64,000 nt of DNA from Ideonella sp. (GCA_015075545.1 JABTUC010000010.1:1601-65600), one strand, 5' to 3'. Counted from the first letter of the stretch, positions 24,769 to 36,126 are shown. The notes: generated from the sequence alone by a model not told the origin. Numbers and translations are program-made.

Positions 24769-26039
24769 GCAGCGTGCCCTGGATTTCGCACACCGATCTC
24801 GCACTGCGTCTGGAAGGCGTCGTGCTGACGTGCTGGTTGCTGCTGGCCACGCTGGCGGTCAGCAACACGAAGTTCATCTGGCTGCTGCCGGTCCCATGGG
24901 CGTTGTTGCTGCTGCGCTGGCAGGCGTCGCGGAGCAACCTGCTGGCAGTCGCGCGCCACTGGCCGATCCCTTTGCTGGCCAGCGTCGTCCTTGCCGTGTG
25001 GCTCGTATTGGGTGCGGCCTTCGGCGCGCCAGCGTTGCATTCGCGCCTTACGCTGGCGGCGATCGCCCTGCTGTGGCTGCCGGTGGCCGCGCTCATCGTG
25101 GGTCAGCGGCGCGCTGGTCGCAGCATCGAATGGCCGCTGGCCGCGGCGCTGCTGGCGGTCGTCGTCCTCAATATGGTTCGCGTCGGGCACCAGCTCTACG
25201 GTGGCAGTGCGCGCCCGTGGGGCTACACGCACAACGTGCTGCTGGGCGCGTTGATGGCGGCCTATGCGCTGGTTGCAACGTCACTGCTGCTGCGGTCTAG
25301 CCATCCGAGGCGCATCGCCTACGCAGGGCTCGGCCTCGGGCTGGCGCTGGCCATCGCACTGGCGAGCCAAGCGCGCACGCCGCTCGTCGCCGGTGCCATG
25401 ACGCTGATCGTCATCGCGTTGGCATGGCGCCCGCGATTCTCGCGCACGGTCTGGGCCGTGCTGGCCGCCGGCGTGGCGATCTGGGCCGTGGCGACGTCGC
25501 AGCGCTGGCAACTCCTGATCGAGCAGACGCTGAAGTACGAGACGGCAACTCACAAGAGCTCGATCGGCGCGCGCATCGACATGCTGCGTTGGGCCGCGTT
25601 GCACGTGCGCGAGATTCCCGCGTTCGGGTTCGGCGAATCGGGCCTGGCCGAACACATGAACCAGCGCTATGTCGAGTTCGCCGTCGACCCCGGCAAGATC
25701 TACCGGCTGATCCACATGCACAACGACATCTTGCAGCTGTCGTTCGCGCATGGGCTCGTGGCCGGCGTCGGTTACATCGTCATGCTGGCGGCGGTGATCA
25801 TCGGCCTGTACCGGCAACGCCGCAGCATGGGCGGTTTCGACCCGGTCGCTGTTCTGGGATCGGCGGGTGCTGCCGCCGCCGTCTTGCTGTTGGCGATCGC
25901 GGGGCTGTTCGACTGTTTCCTGTATTGGCCCAAGGTCTGGGTTGCGATGCAGGCGGTGCTGGCTATCGCGTTGGCCCTGCATGGATCCGATACGAATGCG
26001 GCGCGCCCAGCGCTCACACGCGGCGGGCCCGCCATGTAG
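24765..26039 (+). CDS. O-antigen ligase family membrane protein (Wzy_C)
   Basis: 424 aa, polytopic. The loop contains RLIHMHNDILQLSFAHG (H-x-H-N-D ligase-type motif). Its ATG overlaps the GT4 stop (ATGA). Confidence 0.7.
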   Translation: MSSVPWISHTDLALRLEGVVLTCWLLLATLAVSNTKFIWLLPVPWALLLLRWQASRSNLLAVARHWPIPLLASVVLAVWLVLGAAFGAPALHSRLTLAAIALLWLPVAALIVGQRRAGRSIEWPLAAALLAVVVLNMVRVGHQLYGGSARPWGYTHNVLLGALMAAYALVATSLLLRSSHPRRIAYAGLGLGLALAIALASQARTPLVAGAMTLIVIALAWRPRFSRTVWAVLAAGVAIWAVATSQRWQLLIEQTLKYETATHKSSIGARIDMLRWAALHVREIPAFGFGESGLAEHMNQRYVEFAVDPGKIYRLIHMHNDILQLSFAHGLVAGVGYIVMLAAVIIGLYRQRRSMGGFDPVAVLGSAGAAAAVLLLAIAGLFDCFLYWPKVWVAMQAVLAIALALHGSDTNAARPALTRGGPAM

Positions 26040-26108
26040 CGCCCGCCAGTTCGCCTGGCCGTTGACAGGCATGGCCGGGCAAGCCCGACGCGCGGCACGT
26101 GGGCGGTC

Positions 26109-27344
26109 TCAGTCCGCTGTCTGCAAGACGGAAGTGGCGCGCTGCCAGCCCTGTCGCGGTGCGCCCCATCCGAAGAACGCCATCACCTCGTCGCGCCGCG
26201 CCTGCACATCGGCTTCGCCGAGCGCCATCAGCGCGCGCGTGTAGGGCTGCTCGAACAGCAGGTAGCTCGCCAGCGCGGCGCCGCGTGCGTCGCGGCCCTG
26301 GCCGGTGACGCCCATGCCGCGCAGCAGCGTGCGCACCGGCAGCGGCAGTTCTTTCTGATACTCGGCTGCGAGGTCGTCGAGCCGCTGGCTCGGCGCGATC
26401 ACCAGCACGTCGATCGGCCGCAGTGCGGTGCGCGCGAGGGCCGCCTCGGGCAGCAGCGACAGCGTGTGGTTGATGCGCCGCATGCGCTCGACGTCGACCG
26501 CCAGCGCGTCGAGGAAGATGTTCGACAGCGCATGGCCGGCGATCTGCGCCAGGCTCGGGTAGCCGGTGGCCGCGATGTGGCGGCCCGGCGGCTCGTGCAT
26601 GCGCCCGGCGCCGATCACCAGCAGCCGCTGTGCGCCCAGGTGCACCGCCGGCGAGATCGGCGCGGTCTGACGCATCGACCCGTCGCCGAACCACTGCGCG
26701 AGGCCGTCGAGCTCGATCGACGCGGCCGGAAACACGAAGGGAATCGCCGACGACGCCAGCAGGTGCGCGTGGCTGATGCGCCCCTGCACCGCGATGCGTT
26801 GCGAGCGCGTCCAGGGTTCGATGCGCGCCACCGCGTCGTAGAAAGTGACGTGCAGGCCCGAGGTGTAGCTCGATGCACTGACGGCCAGGCCGTGCAGGTG
26901 GCGCGAGCGCAGCATCAGCCGCAGCCGAGGCAGCGGCACCATGCGCTGCAGCAGATCGGCCAGCGGCCCGTTGTCGAGCAGCGAGCGTGGCCGCGCGCGC
27001 CGCCAGCGCGCGATCACCCAGCCGATCGACAGCATGGTCAGCCATTGCGCACCGCTGCGGATCACGCCCAGCGAGTCGGCGCGGTACACCTGGTCGGCGT
27101 GGATGTCATGCCAGACCTGGCCGAGGCGCTCGACCGCGGCCTCGAGATCGTCGGCGCCGCAGGCCAGCGCGGCGGCGTTCACCGCACCGGCCGAGGTGCC
27201 GACGATGACACCGAACGGGTTGCGCGCGCGATCGGCGCCGCTGTCGCGCCGCAGCCGCGCCAGCGCGCGCAGCACGCCCACCTGATAGGCCGCACGCGCA
27301 CCGCCCCCGGTGAGGATCAGGCCCGTCAGCGGCGTTTCGTACAT
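26109..27344 (-). CDS. patatin-like phospholipase family protein
   Basis: 411 aa. LILTGGGARAAYQVGVL (oxyanion), GTSAGAVNA (GxSxG) and FGDGSMR (catalytic Asp). Confidence 0.85.
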   Translation of the reverse strand: MYETPLTGLILTGGGARAAYQVGVLRALARLRRDSGADRARNPFGVIVGTSAGAVNAAALACGADDLEAAVERLGQVWHDIHADQVYRADSLGVIRSGAQWLTMLSIGWVIARWRRARPRSLLDNGPLADLLQRMVPLPRLRLMLRSRHLHGLAVSASSYTSGLHVTFYDAVARIEPWTRSQRIAVQGRISHAHLLASSAIPFVFPAASIELDGLAQWFGDGSMRQTAPISPAVHLGAQRLLVIGAGRMHEPPGRHIAATGYPSLAQIAGHALSNIFLDALAVDVERMRRINHTLSLLPEAALARTALRPIDVLVIAPSQRLDDLAAEYQKELPLPVRTLLRGMGVTGQGRDARGAALASYLLFEQPYTRALMALGEADVQARRDEVMAFFGWGAPRQGWQRATSVLQTAD

Positions 27345-27392
27345 GACGGCAAGTCTGCCGAAGCGATCGATCAGCGGCGGCGCGACGCCGCC

Positions 27393-27791
27393 TCAATCGT
27401 CATCATGGTCCCTGCCACCACGCTTGCCCTTGCCATTGCGGTGATGGTCGGGTCTAGCCACAACCATCACGTGGTCGCGGTACCAGTCGTGGCGAACGAA
27501 GTACACCGGCACGCCGCAGGCGTTGTATTCGTGGCAGTGCTTGCGCCAATGCTTGCGGTGGCCATACGGCACCCAAAGGTACATCGGCGGCTGCGCCGCC
27601 ACCACCGGCGGCGGTGCGATCAGCACCGGCTGCGCCACCACCACCTGCGGCTGCGGAAAGCGCCCGATGTCGATGCGCCCGTAGACGCCGGGTTGGCTGA
27701 TCTGCACCGAGACGCCGACTTCGGCGGCCGGGCTCGCCCCCGCCACGGCGGCGAGCGAAACGGCACAGAACACGGGGGCCCAGAGCTTCAT
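27393..27791 (-). CDS. secreted His/Cys-rich hypothetical protein (132 aa)
   Basis: Internal ATG of ORF 27393..27881. Signal peptide MKLWAPVFCAVSLAAVAGASPA, a Pro/Val-rich middle, HRKHWRKHCHEYNACGVPVYFVRHDWY, and the tail RPDHHRNGKGKRGGRDHDDD. Confidence 0.6.
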   Translation of the reverse strand: MKLWAPVFCAVSLAAVAGASPAAEVGVSVQISQPGVYGRIDIGRFPQPQVVVAQPVLIAPPPVVAAQPPMYLWVPYGHRKHWRKHCHEYNACGVPVYFVRHDWYRDHVMVVARPDHHRNGKGKRGGRDHDDD

Positions 27792-27914
27792 CGGTGATCC
27801 TCGTCGAAACGTTGCAACACACAGCCTAACGACGATGCCCGCCAAGAGGGTGACGGCATGCCGCTCCCGCTTACCCTCCATTACAACGACGGCACGAGGT
27901 CGGCGGCGCAGCGT

Positions 27915-30900
27915 CTATTCGTACACGATCGCCGCCCGGCCATCGTGCGCCACAGCCTTCCAGCGCGACAGCGCATCGTCGCTCGGCCAGAAGCGGCCCT
28001 CGTCGCCGAGGTCGAGCAGCGCCTGCGCCTCGCTACGCTCGATGCGCAGTCGCACGGGCAGGCCGAGCGACGTGCTGCCTTGCTCGCCCGCCACTCGCCG
28101 CACGGGCCACTGGCGGATCAAGTCGCGCGCCGGTGGCGCGGCGCCGTTGACGCTCACCTCGAGCCAGCGGCCGAAGCGCGCGCGCGCGCCCGCCAGGTCC
28201 CACGCCTGCAGCACGTTCAGGCGCAGGCCGCCGGCGAAGCGATCGGGCTGCACGCGCCCCTGCACCACCAGGAGTTCGTCTTCGCGCAGCAGTTCGCGCA
28301 CCGCCTCGAGCACGTCGTCGTTGACCACCGCCTCGATGCGCTCGCTCATGTCGTCGAGCCTGAAGATCGCCACCCGCCCGCGCTGGTTGTTCACCAGCCG
28401 CAGGTCGGTCACCACGCCGGCCAGCAGCAGCGGTTCGCGCGACTCGACCACGTCGGCGATGGCGCGCTTGGCAATGCGCCGCACCTCGGCGGCGTACAGC
28501 TCGAACAGATGGCCCGAGTGGTAGAAGCCGAGCGCCGCCTTCTCGAAGGCGAGGCGCTCGCGGATGCCCAGCGGCTCGGCAGCCACCAGCGGCGGCTCGT
28601 GGGTCGAGGCGGCGTGCGAGTCGGCGCTGTCGAACAGGCCGCCTTGCGACTGGTTGACCTCCTGCGTGTCGGCCCAGTCGAACGCCAGCCCCACACTGGC
28701 CAGCAAAGAGGCCCGCGCCCAGGCGCCTTCGGCGTCGACCGACGACGAGCCTTGCGCGGACGCAGACGATACGGGCGCGCGCTCGGCGTGCAGCGCGTCG
28801 AATGCGCCGGCCTTGATCAGCGCCTCGACCGCGCGCTTGTTGACGCGCTGGCGGTCGACGCGTGCGCAGAAATCGAACAGGCTGCGAAAGGCGCCGCTCG
28901 TGGCGCCCGCGGCACCACCGCCGCGGCCCTCGCGCGCGGCGACGATCGCCTCGATCGCGCCCTGCCCCGTGCCCTTGACGGCGCCGAGCCCGTAGCGCAC
29001 GCGCTTGTCGTCGACCGGCTCGAAGCGGTAGCCGCCGCGGTTGACGTCGGGCAGTTCGAAGGTCACGCCAAACTGCTTGGCGTCGTCGATCAGCGCCTTG
29101 AGCTTGTCGGTGTCGTCGATCTCGATGCTCATGTTGGCCGCATAGAACTCGGCCGGGAAGTGCACCTTGAGCCACGCGGTGTGATACGCCAGCACCACGT
29201 AGGCTGCGGCATGGCTCTTGTTGAAGCCATAGCCGGCGAACTTCTCCATCAGGTCGAACACCTCGTCGGCCTTGGCCTCGTCGACGCCGTTGCCGGCCGC
29301 GCCGCGGCGGAACAGCTCGCGCTGCTTGGCCATCTCCTCGGGCTTCTTCTTGCCCATCGCACGACGCAGCAGATCGGCGCTGCCCAGCGAGAAGCCGGCC
29401 AGGATCTGCGCGCCCTGCATCACGTGCTCCTGGTACACGATGACGCCATAGGTCTCGCGCAGCAGATCCTCGAGCAGCGGGTGCGGGTAGGTGATCGGCT
29501 CGCGGCCGTGCTTGCGCGCGCAGAACGACGGAATGCTCTCCATCGGCCCCGGCCGGTACAGCGCGTTGAGCGCGATCAGATCCTCGAGCTTCGACGGCTT
29601 GGCATCGCGCAGCATGCCGATCATGCCGCGCGACTCGAACTGGAACACCGCCTCGGTCTGGCCGTTGGCGAACAGGCGGTACACCGCCGGGTCGTCGAAC
29701 GGCACGCGCTCGTAGCTGAAGCCGGCGTGCTGCGGGTGGCGCGCGACGATGAACTCCTTGGCCAGCTCGAGAATGGTCAGCGTTGCCAGGCCGAGGAAGT
29801 CGAACTTCACCAGGCCGATCGCCTCGACGTCGTCCTTGTCGAACTGGCTCACCGCGGCATCGCTGCCGGGCTGCTGGTACAGCGGGCAGAAGTCGGTGAT
29901 GCGTCCGGGCGCGATCAGCACGCCGCCGGCGTGCATGCCGACGTTGCGCACCAGCCCTTCGACCTGCGTGGCCAGCGCCAGCAGCTCGGCCACCTCCTCC
30001 TCGACCGCCTCGCGCTGGTTCAGCTCGGGCGCCTCCTTGCGCGCGTAGATCAGCCCGGGGTCGGGCTTGTCGGGCAGCGGCGCCAGCGTCACCGTCTTGC
30101 CCGGCGGCGCCGGCACCAGCTTGGCGATCGAGTCGACGTGGCCGTAGCTCATGCCGAGCACGCGGCCGACGTCGCGCAGCGCCGCCTTGGCGGCCATGGT
30201 GCCGAAGGTGGCGATCTGGCTCACCGCATCGCGGCCGTAGCGCTGCTTGACGTAGTCGATCACCCGATCGCGGTTGGCCTGGCAGAAGTCGATGTCGAAA
30301 TCGGGCATCGACACCCGCTCGGGGTTGAGAAAGCGCTCGAACAGCAGGTTGTACTGGATCGGATCGAGGCCGGTGATGCCCAGCGAGTAGGCCACCAGCG
30401 AGCCCGCGCCCGAGCCGCGCCCGGGGCCGACCGGGCAGCCATGCTGCAGCGCCCAGTTGATGAAGTCGGCCACGATCAGGAAGTAGCCGGCAAAGCCCAT
30501 CTTCTCGATGGTGGCGATCTCGTAGTCGAGGCGCTCGACGTAGCGCGCGCGCTGCGCGTCGCGGTCTGCCTCTTGCGGGAAGAGCGCGGCCAGCCGCCGC
30601 TCGAGGCCTTCGTGGCTGGTGCGCCGAAAGTACTGTTCGAGCGACGAGCCGTCGGGCGTCGGAAAGTCGGGCAGCCGCGCGACGCCGAGCTTCAACTGCA
30701 GGTTGCAGCGCTGCGCGATCGCGACGCTGTTGGCCAGCGCGCTCGGCACGTCGGCGAACAGCGCCGCCATCTGCGCCTGCGTCTTGAAGTACTGCTCGCG
30801 CGAGAAGCGTTTGATGCGCCGCGGGTTGGCCAGCGTGTCGCCCTCGGCGACGCACACCCTCGCCTCGTGGGCGTCGAACTCGTCGGGCGTCGCGAACTGC

Positions 30901-31499
30901 ACCGGATGCGTCGCCACTACCGGCAGCTTCAGCTGCGCGGCCAGCGCGACCGCGGCGCGCACGTGTGCTTCGTTGCCGGGCAGGCCGGCGCGCTGCAGTT
31001 CCAGATAGAAGCGCCCGGGGTACAGCGTTGCCAGACGCTGCGCCAGCGCGGCGGCGCGTTCGCGCTCGCCAGCCAGCAGCGCCGCCCCCACCGGGCCGGC
31101 GTCGGCGCCCGACAGCGCGATCAGCCCCTGCGAGCACTCGGCCAGCCAGTCCCACTTGACCCACGCCTGCGCACGCTGCACGTTGCGGGTCCAGGCACGC
31201 GACAGCAGGTCGCACAGGTTGTGATAGCCGGCCGTATCGCACGCCAGCAGCAGCAGGCGCGACGCCTGGCGCTCGCCGCCGGCCGCCGGCTCGAGCCAGA
31301 GGTCGACGCCGATGATCGGCTTGACGCCCTCGGCGCGGCAGGCCTTGTAGAACTTGACCGCGCCGAACAGGTTGCCGAGGTCGCTGATCGCCAGCGCGCC
31401 TTGCGCGTCGGCGCGCGCCGCGCGCACTGCCGCGTCGACGCGCAAGCTGCCGTCGACGACCGAATACTCGGTGTGGGTGCGCAGGTGGACGAAGGCCAT
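27915..31499 (-). CDS. dnaE: DNA polymerase III subunit alpha
   Basis: 1194 aa. MAFVHLRTHTEYSVVDGSLRV (PHP domain), ...PDFDIDFCQ...GLVKFDFLGL... Confidence 0.97.
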   Translation of the reverse strand: MAFVHLRTHTEYSVVDGSLRVDAAVRAARADAQGALAISDLGNLFGAVKFYKACRAEGVKPIIGVDLWLEPAAGGERQASRLLLLACDTAGYHNLCDLLSRAWTRNVQRAQAWVKWDWLAECSQGLIALSGADAGPVGAALLAGERERAAALAQRLATLYPGRFYLELQRAGLPGNEAHVRAAVALAAQLKLPVVATHPVQFATPDEFDAHEARVCVAEGDTLANPRRIKRFSREQYFKTQAQMAALFADVPSALANSVAIAQRCNLQLKLGVARLPDFPTPDGSSLEQYFRRTSHEGLERRLAALFPQEADRDAQRARYVERLDYEIATIEKMGFAGYFLIVADFINWALQHGCPVGPGRGSGAGSLVAYSLGITGLDPIQYNLLFERFLNPERVSMPDFDIDFCQANRDRVIDYVKQRYGRDAVSQIATFGTMAAKAALRDVGRVLGMSYGHVDSIAKLVPAPPGKTVTLAPLPDKPDPGLIYARKEAPELNQREAVEEEVAELLALATQVEGLVRNVGMHAGGVLIAPGRITDFCPLYQQPGSDAAVSQFDKDDVEAIGLVKFDFLGLATLTILELAKEFIVARHPQHAGFSYERVPFDDPAVYRLFANGQTEAVFQFESRGMIGMLRDAKPSKLEDLIALNALYRPGPMESIPSFCARKHGREPITYPHPLLEDLLRETYGVIVYQEHVMQGAQILAGFSLGSADLLRRAMGKKKPEEMAKQRELFRRGAAGNGVDEAKADEVFDLMEKFAGYGFNKSHAAAYVVLAYHTAWLKVHFPAEFYAANMSIEIDDTDKLKALIDDAKQFGVTFELPDVNRGGYRFEPVDDKRVRYGLGAVKGTGQGAIEAIVAAREGRGGGAAGATSGAFRSLFDFCARVDRQRVNKRAVEALIKAGAFDALHAERAPVSSASAQGSSSVDAEGAWARASLLASVGLAFDWADTQEVNQSQGGLFDSADSHAASTHEPPLVAAEPLGIRERLAFEKAALGFYHSGHLFELYAAEVRRIAKRAIADVVESREPLLLAGVVTDLRLVNNQRGRVAIFRLDDMSERIEAVVNDDVLEAVRELLREDELLVVQGRVQPDRFAGGLRLNVLQAWDLAGARARFGRWLEVSVNGAAPPARDLIRQWPVRRVAGEQGSTSLGLPVRLRIERSEAQALLDLGDEGRFWPSDDALSRWKAVAHDGRAAIVYE

Positions 31500-31679
31500 G
31501 TCAGGAGCGTTGCAGCGCGCGCGGGTCAGACCACGATCCCATCTGGCGCGGCGCGCGGGCGTCGCCCGAGCGGTGCGCGAGGCGCCGATGCATGCGAACT
31601 CATCGAACGATTGTAGGCAGCACCGCTGCGCCTTCTACAATCGCCGCAGCGGTCGCGTGCCGCAACCACTGCCCCGCCC

Positions 31680-32651
31680 TTGACCCGCTGGCTGCTTCGT
31701 CTCGTTGGCTTGGCGCTGATGGCCGGCGCCGCGGCGCTGGCGCTGTCGCGCGCGCCCGACCGCAACGTCGAGTCGCTGGTCGCGCGCTGGGCACCGCCGC
31801 CGTCGGAGTTCATCGACCTCGACGGCCAGCTCGTGCATCTGCGCGACACCGGGCCGCGCGGCGACGCGCTGCCGCTGGTGCTGCTGCACGGCACGTCGGC
31901 CAGCCTGCACACGTGGGACGGCTGGAGCGCGGCGCTGCAGGCGCAGCACCGCGTGATCCGCTTCGACCTTCCGGGCTTCGGCCTGACGGGGCCGTTCAGC
32001 GGCCGCTACGCGTCGTGGTCGTACCGCGGCGACGATCTGGCGCGCTTCACGCTCGAACTGCTCGACCGCCTGCGGGTGCAGCGCTTCGCGATCGGCGGCA
32101 ACTCGCTCGGCGGCGAGGTGGCCTGGCGCGTCGCCTCGCTGGCGCCGGGTCGCGCGCAGCGCCTGGTGCTGGTCGACGCCGCCGGCTACGCGCTCCACCC
32201 GCAGTCGATGCCGATCGGCTTCCGGCTCGCGCGCGTGCCGGGCGTGAACCGGTTGTTCGAATGGCTGCTGCCGCGCGGCGTGGTCGAAGCCAGCGTGCGC
32301 GATGTCTACGGCGACCCTTCGAAGGTCACGCCGCAACTCGTCGACCGCTACTTCGAGCTGACGCTGCGCGAAGGCAACCGCCGTGCGCTGGTGCAGCGGT
32401 TTCGGGCGCAGGCACTGGATCAGCAGCAGGTCGACGCCAACGTCGCTCGCATCCGCGCGCTGAAGCTGCCGACGCTGGTGATCTGGGGCGGCCGCGACCG
32501 CCTGATTCCGCCGGCCACCGCGCAGCGCTTTCACGGCGACATCGCCGGCAGCCGTCTGGTGGTGCTCGACACGCTCGGCCATGTGCCTCAGGAAGAAGAC
32601 CCCGCGGCCAGCGCAGCGGCGGTGACCGCCTTCTGGAGAGAGACCCCCTGA
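31680..32651 (+). CDS. alpha/beta hydrolase fold protein
   Basis: 323 aa, TTG start per the track (alternative ATG at 31719). N-terminal TM helix, LVLLHGTSAS, nucleophile elbow GGNSLGG, and C-terminal LGHVPQEE. Confidence 0.8.
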   Translation: MTRWLLRLVGLALMAGAAALALSRAPDRNVESLVARWAPPPSEFIDLDGQLVHLRDTGPRGDALPLVLLHGTSASLHTWDGWSAALQAQHRVIRFDLPGFGLTGPFSGRYASWSYRGDDLARFTLELLDRLRVQRFAIGGNSLGGEVAWRVASLAPGRAQRLVLVDAAGYALHPQSMPIGFRLARVPGVNRLFEWLLPRGVVEASVRDVYGDPSKVTPQLVDRYFELTLREGNRRALVQRFRAQALDQQQVDANVARIRALKLPTLVIWGGRDRLIPPATAQRFHGDIAGSRLVVLDTLGHVPQEEDPAASAAAVTAFWRETP

Positions 32652-32727
32652 AGCCACGCGTCGTCTGCCGCCGTGGCTGCCTGCCGCCGCCAACGGCGGC
32701 GGGTTCGCGCCGGCGCCAAGACCTCAT

Positions 32728-33429
<702 letters not shown>

Positions 33430-33441
33430 CGAGTCCCCCGA

Positions 33442-33454
33442 TTGCATGTCGCAA
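33442..33454. promoter_or_regulatory. candidate LysR-type T-N11-A box (TTGCATGTCGCAA)
   Basis: Dyad TTGC-N5-GCAA in the 128-bp divergent spacer between the pirin and LysR genes. Confidence 0.3.
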
Positions 33455-33557
33455 CTGTAGGAGTGGTTGCCGGAGGTGAGGGGCATCTGGTTCGCAGGCG
33501 GCGTTCAAATATGATGAAGTCGATGAGGCCCCCACGCTCGCTTCGCTCGGTGCTGCG

Positions 33558-34544
33558 ATGACCCACAGCCGCCGCAACGCGTTGACGCCCGAGGCGCTCG
33601 GCATGGTCGACGCCATCGCGCGCAGCGGCAGCTTCGCGGCCGCGGCGCGCGAGCTGGGCAAAGTACCTTCGGCGCTCACCTACAGCGTGCGCCAGCTCGA
33701 AGACGCGCTCGATGTGCTGCTGTTCGACCGCAGCTCGCGCCAGGCCAGACTCACCGCAGCCGGCCAGGAGCTGCTCGAGCACGGGCGGCGCGTGCTCGAC
33801 GAGGTCGACGCGCTGGCCAACCGCGTGCAGCGCGTGGCCACCGGCTGGGAAGCGAGCCTGACGATCGCCGCCGACGACGTGCTGTCGCGGCTGACGCTGT
33901 TCGAACTGGTCGAGGCGTTCTACGCGCGGCGCGGCGCCGCGCTGACGCAGTTGCGGCTGCGCACCGAGGTGCTCACCGGCGTCTGGGAGGCGCTGGTCAC
34001 CGGCCACGCCGATCTGGCGCTCGGCCTCACCAGCGACACCGGCGCCCAGGTCGGCATCGAGATGCGGCCGCTGGGCGAGATGCCGTTCGTGTTCGCGGTC
34101 GCGCCGCACCATCCGCTGGCCGCAGCGGCCGAACCGCTGAGCGACCAGGAGATCCAGCGCCATCGCGCGATCGCGGTGGCCGACTCCGCACAACGGCTGG
34201 CACCGGCCACGCACAACCTGCTCGGCGGCCAGGACGTGCTGACCGTGACCTCGATGCAGGCCAAGGTCGAGGCCCAACTGCGCTGCCTGGGCTGCGGCTT
34301 CCTGCCCGAGGCGCTGGTGCGCGCGCACGTGCGCAACGGCGTGCTGGTGATCAAGCAGGTGCAGCGCGGCGATCCGAAGGCCAGCCTGTGCTATGCCTGG
34401 CGCGCCGACGCGGTGAGCCAGCCGCGCAAGGCGCCGCAGGGCCTGGCGCTGCAGTGGTGGCTGCAGCAGCTCGACAGCCCGGCGACGCGCCGCGCGCTGC
34501 TCGAACATCCGCGCAACGCGACGATCGACATGGTGTCCGCTTGA
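33558..34544 (+). CDS. LysR family transcriptional regulator
   Basis: 328 aa. [39 protein letters not shown]. Divergent from the pirin gene, a common pairing. Confidence 0.9.
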   Translation: MTHSRRNALTPEALGMVDAIARSGSFAAAARELGKVPSALTYSVRQLEDALDVLLFDRSSRQARLTAAGQELLEHGRRVLDEVDALANRVQRVATGWEASLTIAADDVLSRLTLFELVEAFYARRGAALTQLRLRTEVLTGVWEALVTGHADLALGLTSDTGAQVGIEMRPLGEMPFVFAVAPHHPLAAAAEPLSDQEIQRHRAIAVADSAQRLAPATHNLLGGQDVLTVTSMQAKVEAQLRCLGCGFLPEALVRAHVRNGVLVIKQVQRGDPKASLCYAWRADAVSQPRKAPQGLALQWWLQQLDSPATRRALLEHPRNATIDMVSA

Positions 34545-34599
34545 ACGCCTGCCGCGCCCCAGCGCACGCTTGGCGGCGCGCACGCCCGGGAGTTGCCCG

Positions 34600-35487
34600 G
34601 TGAGCCCCTATGTCGGCCGCTTCGCGCCCACGCCGTCGGGGCCGCTGCACGAGGGCTCGCTGGTCGCCGCGCTGGCGAGCTGGCTCGACGCGCGGGCACA
34701 TCGCGGGAGCTGGCTGGTGCGCATAGAAGACCTCGACACCCCGCGCAACGAGGAAGGCGCCGACCAGATCATCCTCGGACAACTCGCGATCTGCGGGCTT
34801 GTCGGCGACGAGGAGCCGCTGGTGCAGTCGCACCGCGTTGCCGCCTACGAGGAAGCGATGCTGCAACTGGCCGATGCCGGCCAGGTCTACCCGTGCGGCT
34901 GCAGCCGGCGCGAGGTGGAGCAGTTGCTGACCACGCTCGGCTTCCTGCAGGAGCGCGACGACGAGCGCGTCTACCCGGGCACCTGCCGCGGCGGCCTGCG
35001 CGGCAAGCCCGCGCGCGCGATGCGCGTACTGACGACCCTCGGCGGCGAGGACATCACGATCCGCTGGATCGACCGCCGGCTCGGCCGCCAGCGCCAGAAC
35101 GTGACGCGCGAAGTCGGCGACTTCGTCGTCAAGCGCGCCGACGGCATCTTCGCCTACCAGCTCGCGGTGGTGGTCGACGACGCCTACCAGGGCATCACCC
35201 ACGTGGTACGCGGCGAAGACCTGGCCGACAACACCGCGCGCCAGATCCACCTGCAGCGGCTGATGGGGCTGCCCGAGCCGCAATACCTGCACACGCCGCT
35301 GGTGATCGGCATCGACGGTCACAAACTGTCGAAGCAGAACAACGCGGTCGCGCTCGACGTCAGCGACCCGGTGGGCGCACTGCAGCAGGCCGCGCGCGTG
35401 CTCGACCTGCCGCGCATCGAAGCGCTGTCGGTGTCGGAATGGCTGCTCGCGGCGACGCGCGCCTGGGCCACGCGCTGGGCACTCTGA
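34600..35487 (+). CDS. gluQ: tRNA glutamyl-Q(34) synthetase
   Basis: GTG at 34600 with gggag 9-13 nt upstream (track ORF begins at TTG 34570). [18 protein letters not shown]...YPCGCSRRE...KLSKQN. Confidence 0.8.
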   Translation: MSPYVGRFAPTPSGPLHEGSLVAALASWLDARAHRGSWLVRIEDLDTPRNEEGADQIILGQLAICGLVGDEEPLVQSHRVAAYEEAMLQLADAGQVYPCGCSRREVEQLLTTLGFLQERDDERVYPGTCRGGLRGKPARAMRVLTTLGGEDITIRWIDRRLGRQRQNVTREVGDFVVKRADGIFAYQLAVVVDDAYQGITHVVRGEDLADNTARQIHLQRLMGLPEPQYLHTPLVIGIDGHKLSKQNNAVALDVSDPVGALQQAARVLDLPRIEALSVSEWLLAATRAWATRWAL

Positions 35488-35515
35488 GCCTGCGCGGCCC
35501 GAGGCGCCCCAGTCG

Positions 35516-36094
35516 TTAACCGCCGAGCCAATGCTGGCGGTAGACCAGCAGTTCGTCGATCGACTCGTGCACGTCGGCCAGCGCGGTATGCGCCTGGTTC
35601 TTCGTCACGCGCTCGAGCAGCGCCGGCTTCCAGCGTCGCGCCAGCTCCTTCAGCGTGCTGACATCGAGGTTGCGGTAGTGGAAGAACGCCTCGAGCTTCG
35701 GCATGTAGTTGGCCAGGAAGCGCCGGTCCTGGCAGATGGTGTTGCCGCACATCGGGCTCTTGCCGGCGTCGATGTAGCGGCGCAGCCAGGCGATCACCGC
35801 ATCCTGTGCCGCGGCCTCGTCGATCGTCGAGGCGCGCACGCGATCGACGAGCCCGCTCTTGCCGTGCGTGGCCTTGTTCCAGCCGTCCATGGCGTCGAGT
35901 GTGGCGTCGCTCTGGTGGATCGCCAGCACCGGGCCGTCGACTCGGCGCGTCACCTGCGGGTCGGTGACCACGACCGCCACTTCGATGATGCGGTCGCGCT
36001 CGGGCGACAGGCCAGTCATCTCGAGGTCGATCCAGACCAGGTTGTGGTCGCTCGGCGCGAGCATGGCAGCGGGGTCTTCGACGGCGGCACTCAT
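35516..36094 (-). CDS. orn: oligoribonuclease
   Basis: [12 protein letters not shown]...[12 protein letters not shown]...[14 protein letters not shown] (DEDDh exonuclease). The start is ATG 36094 or GTG 36112. Confidence 0.9.
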   Translation of the reverse strand: MSAAVEDPAAMLAPSDHNLVWIDLEMTGLSPERDRIIEVAVVVTDPQVTRRVDGPVLAIHQSDATLDAMDGWNKATHGKSGLVDRVRASTIDEAAAQDAVIAWLRRYIDAGKSPMCGNTICQDRRFLANYMPKLEAFFHYRNLDVSTLKELARRWKPALLERVTKNQAHTALADVHESIDELLVYRQHWLGG

Positions 36095-36126
36095 GCCGGC
36101 ATTGTGGCTCACCTACACTGACCGTC

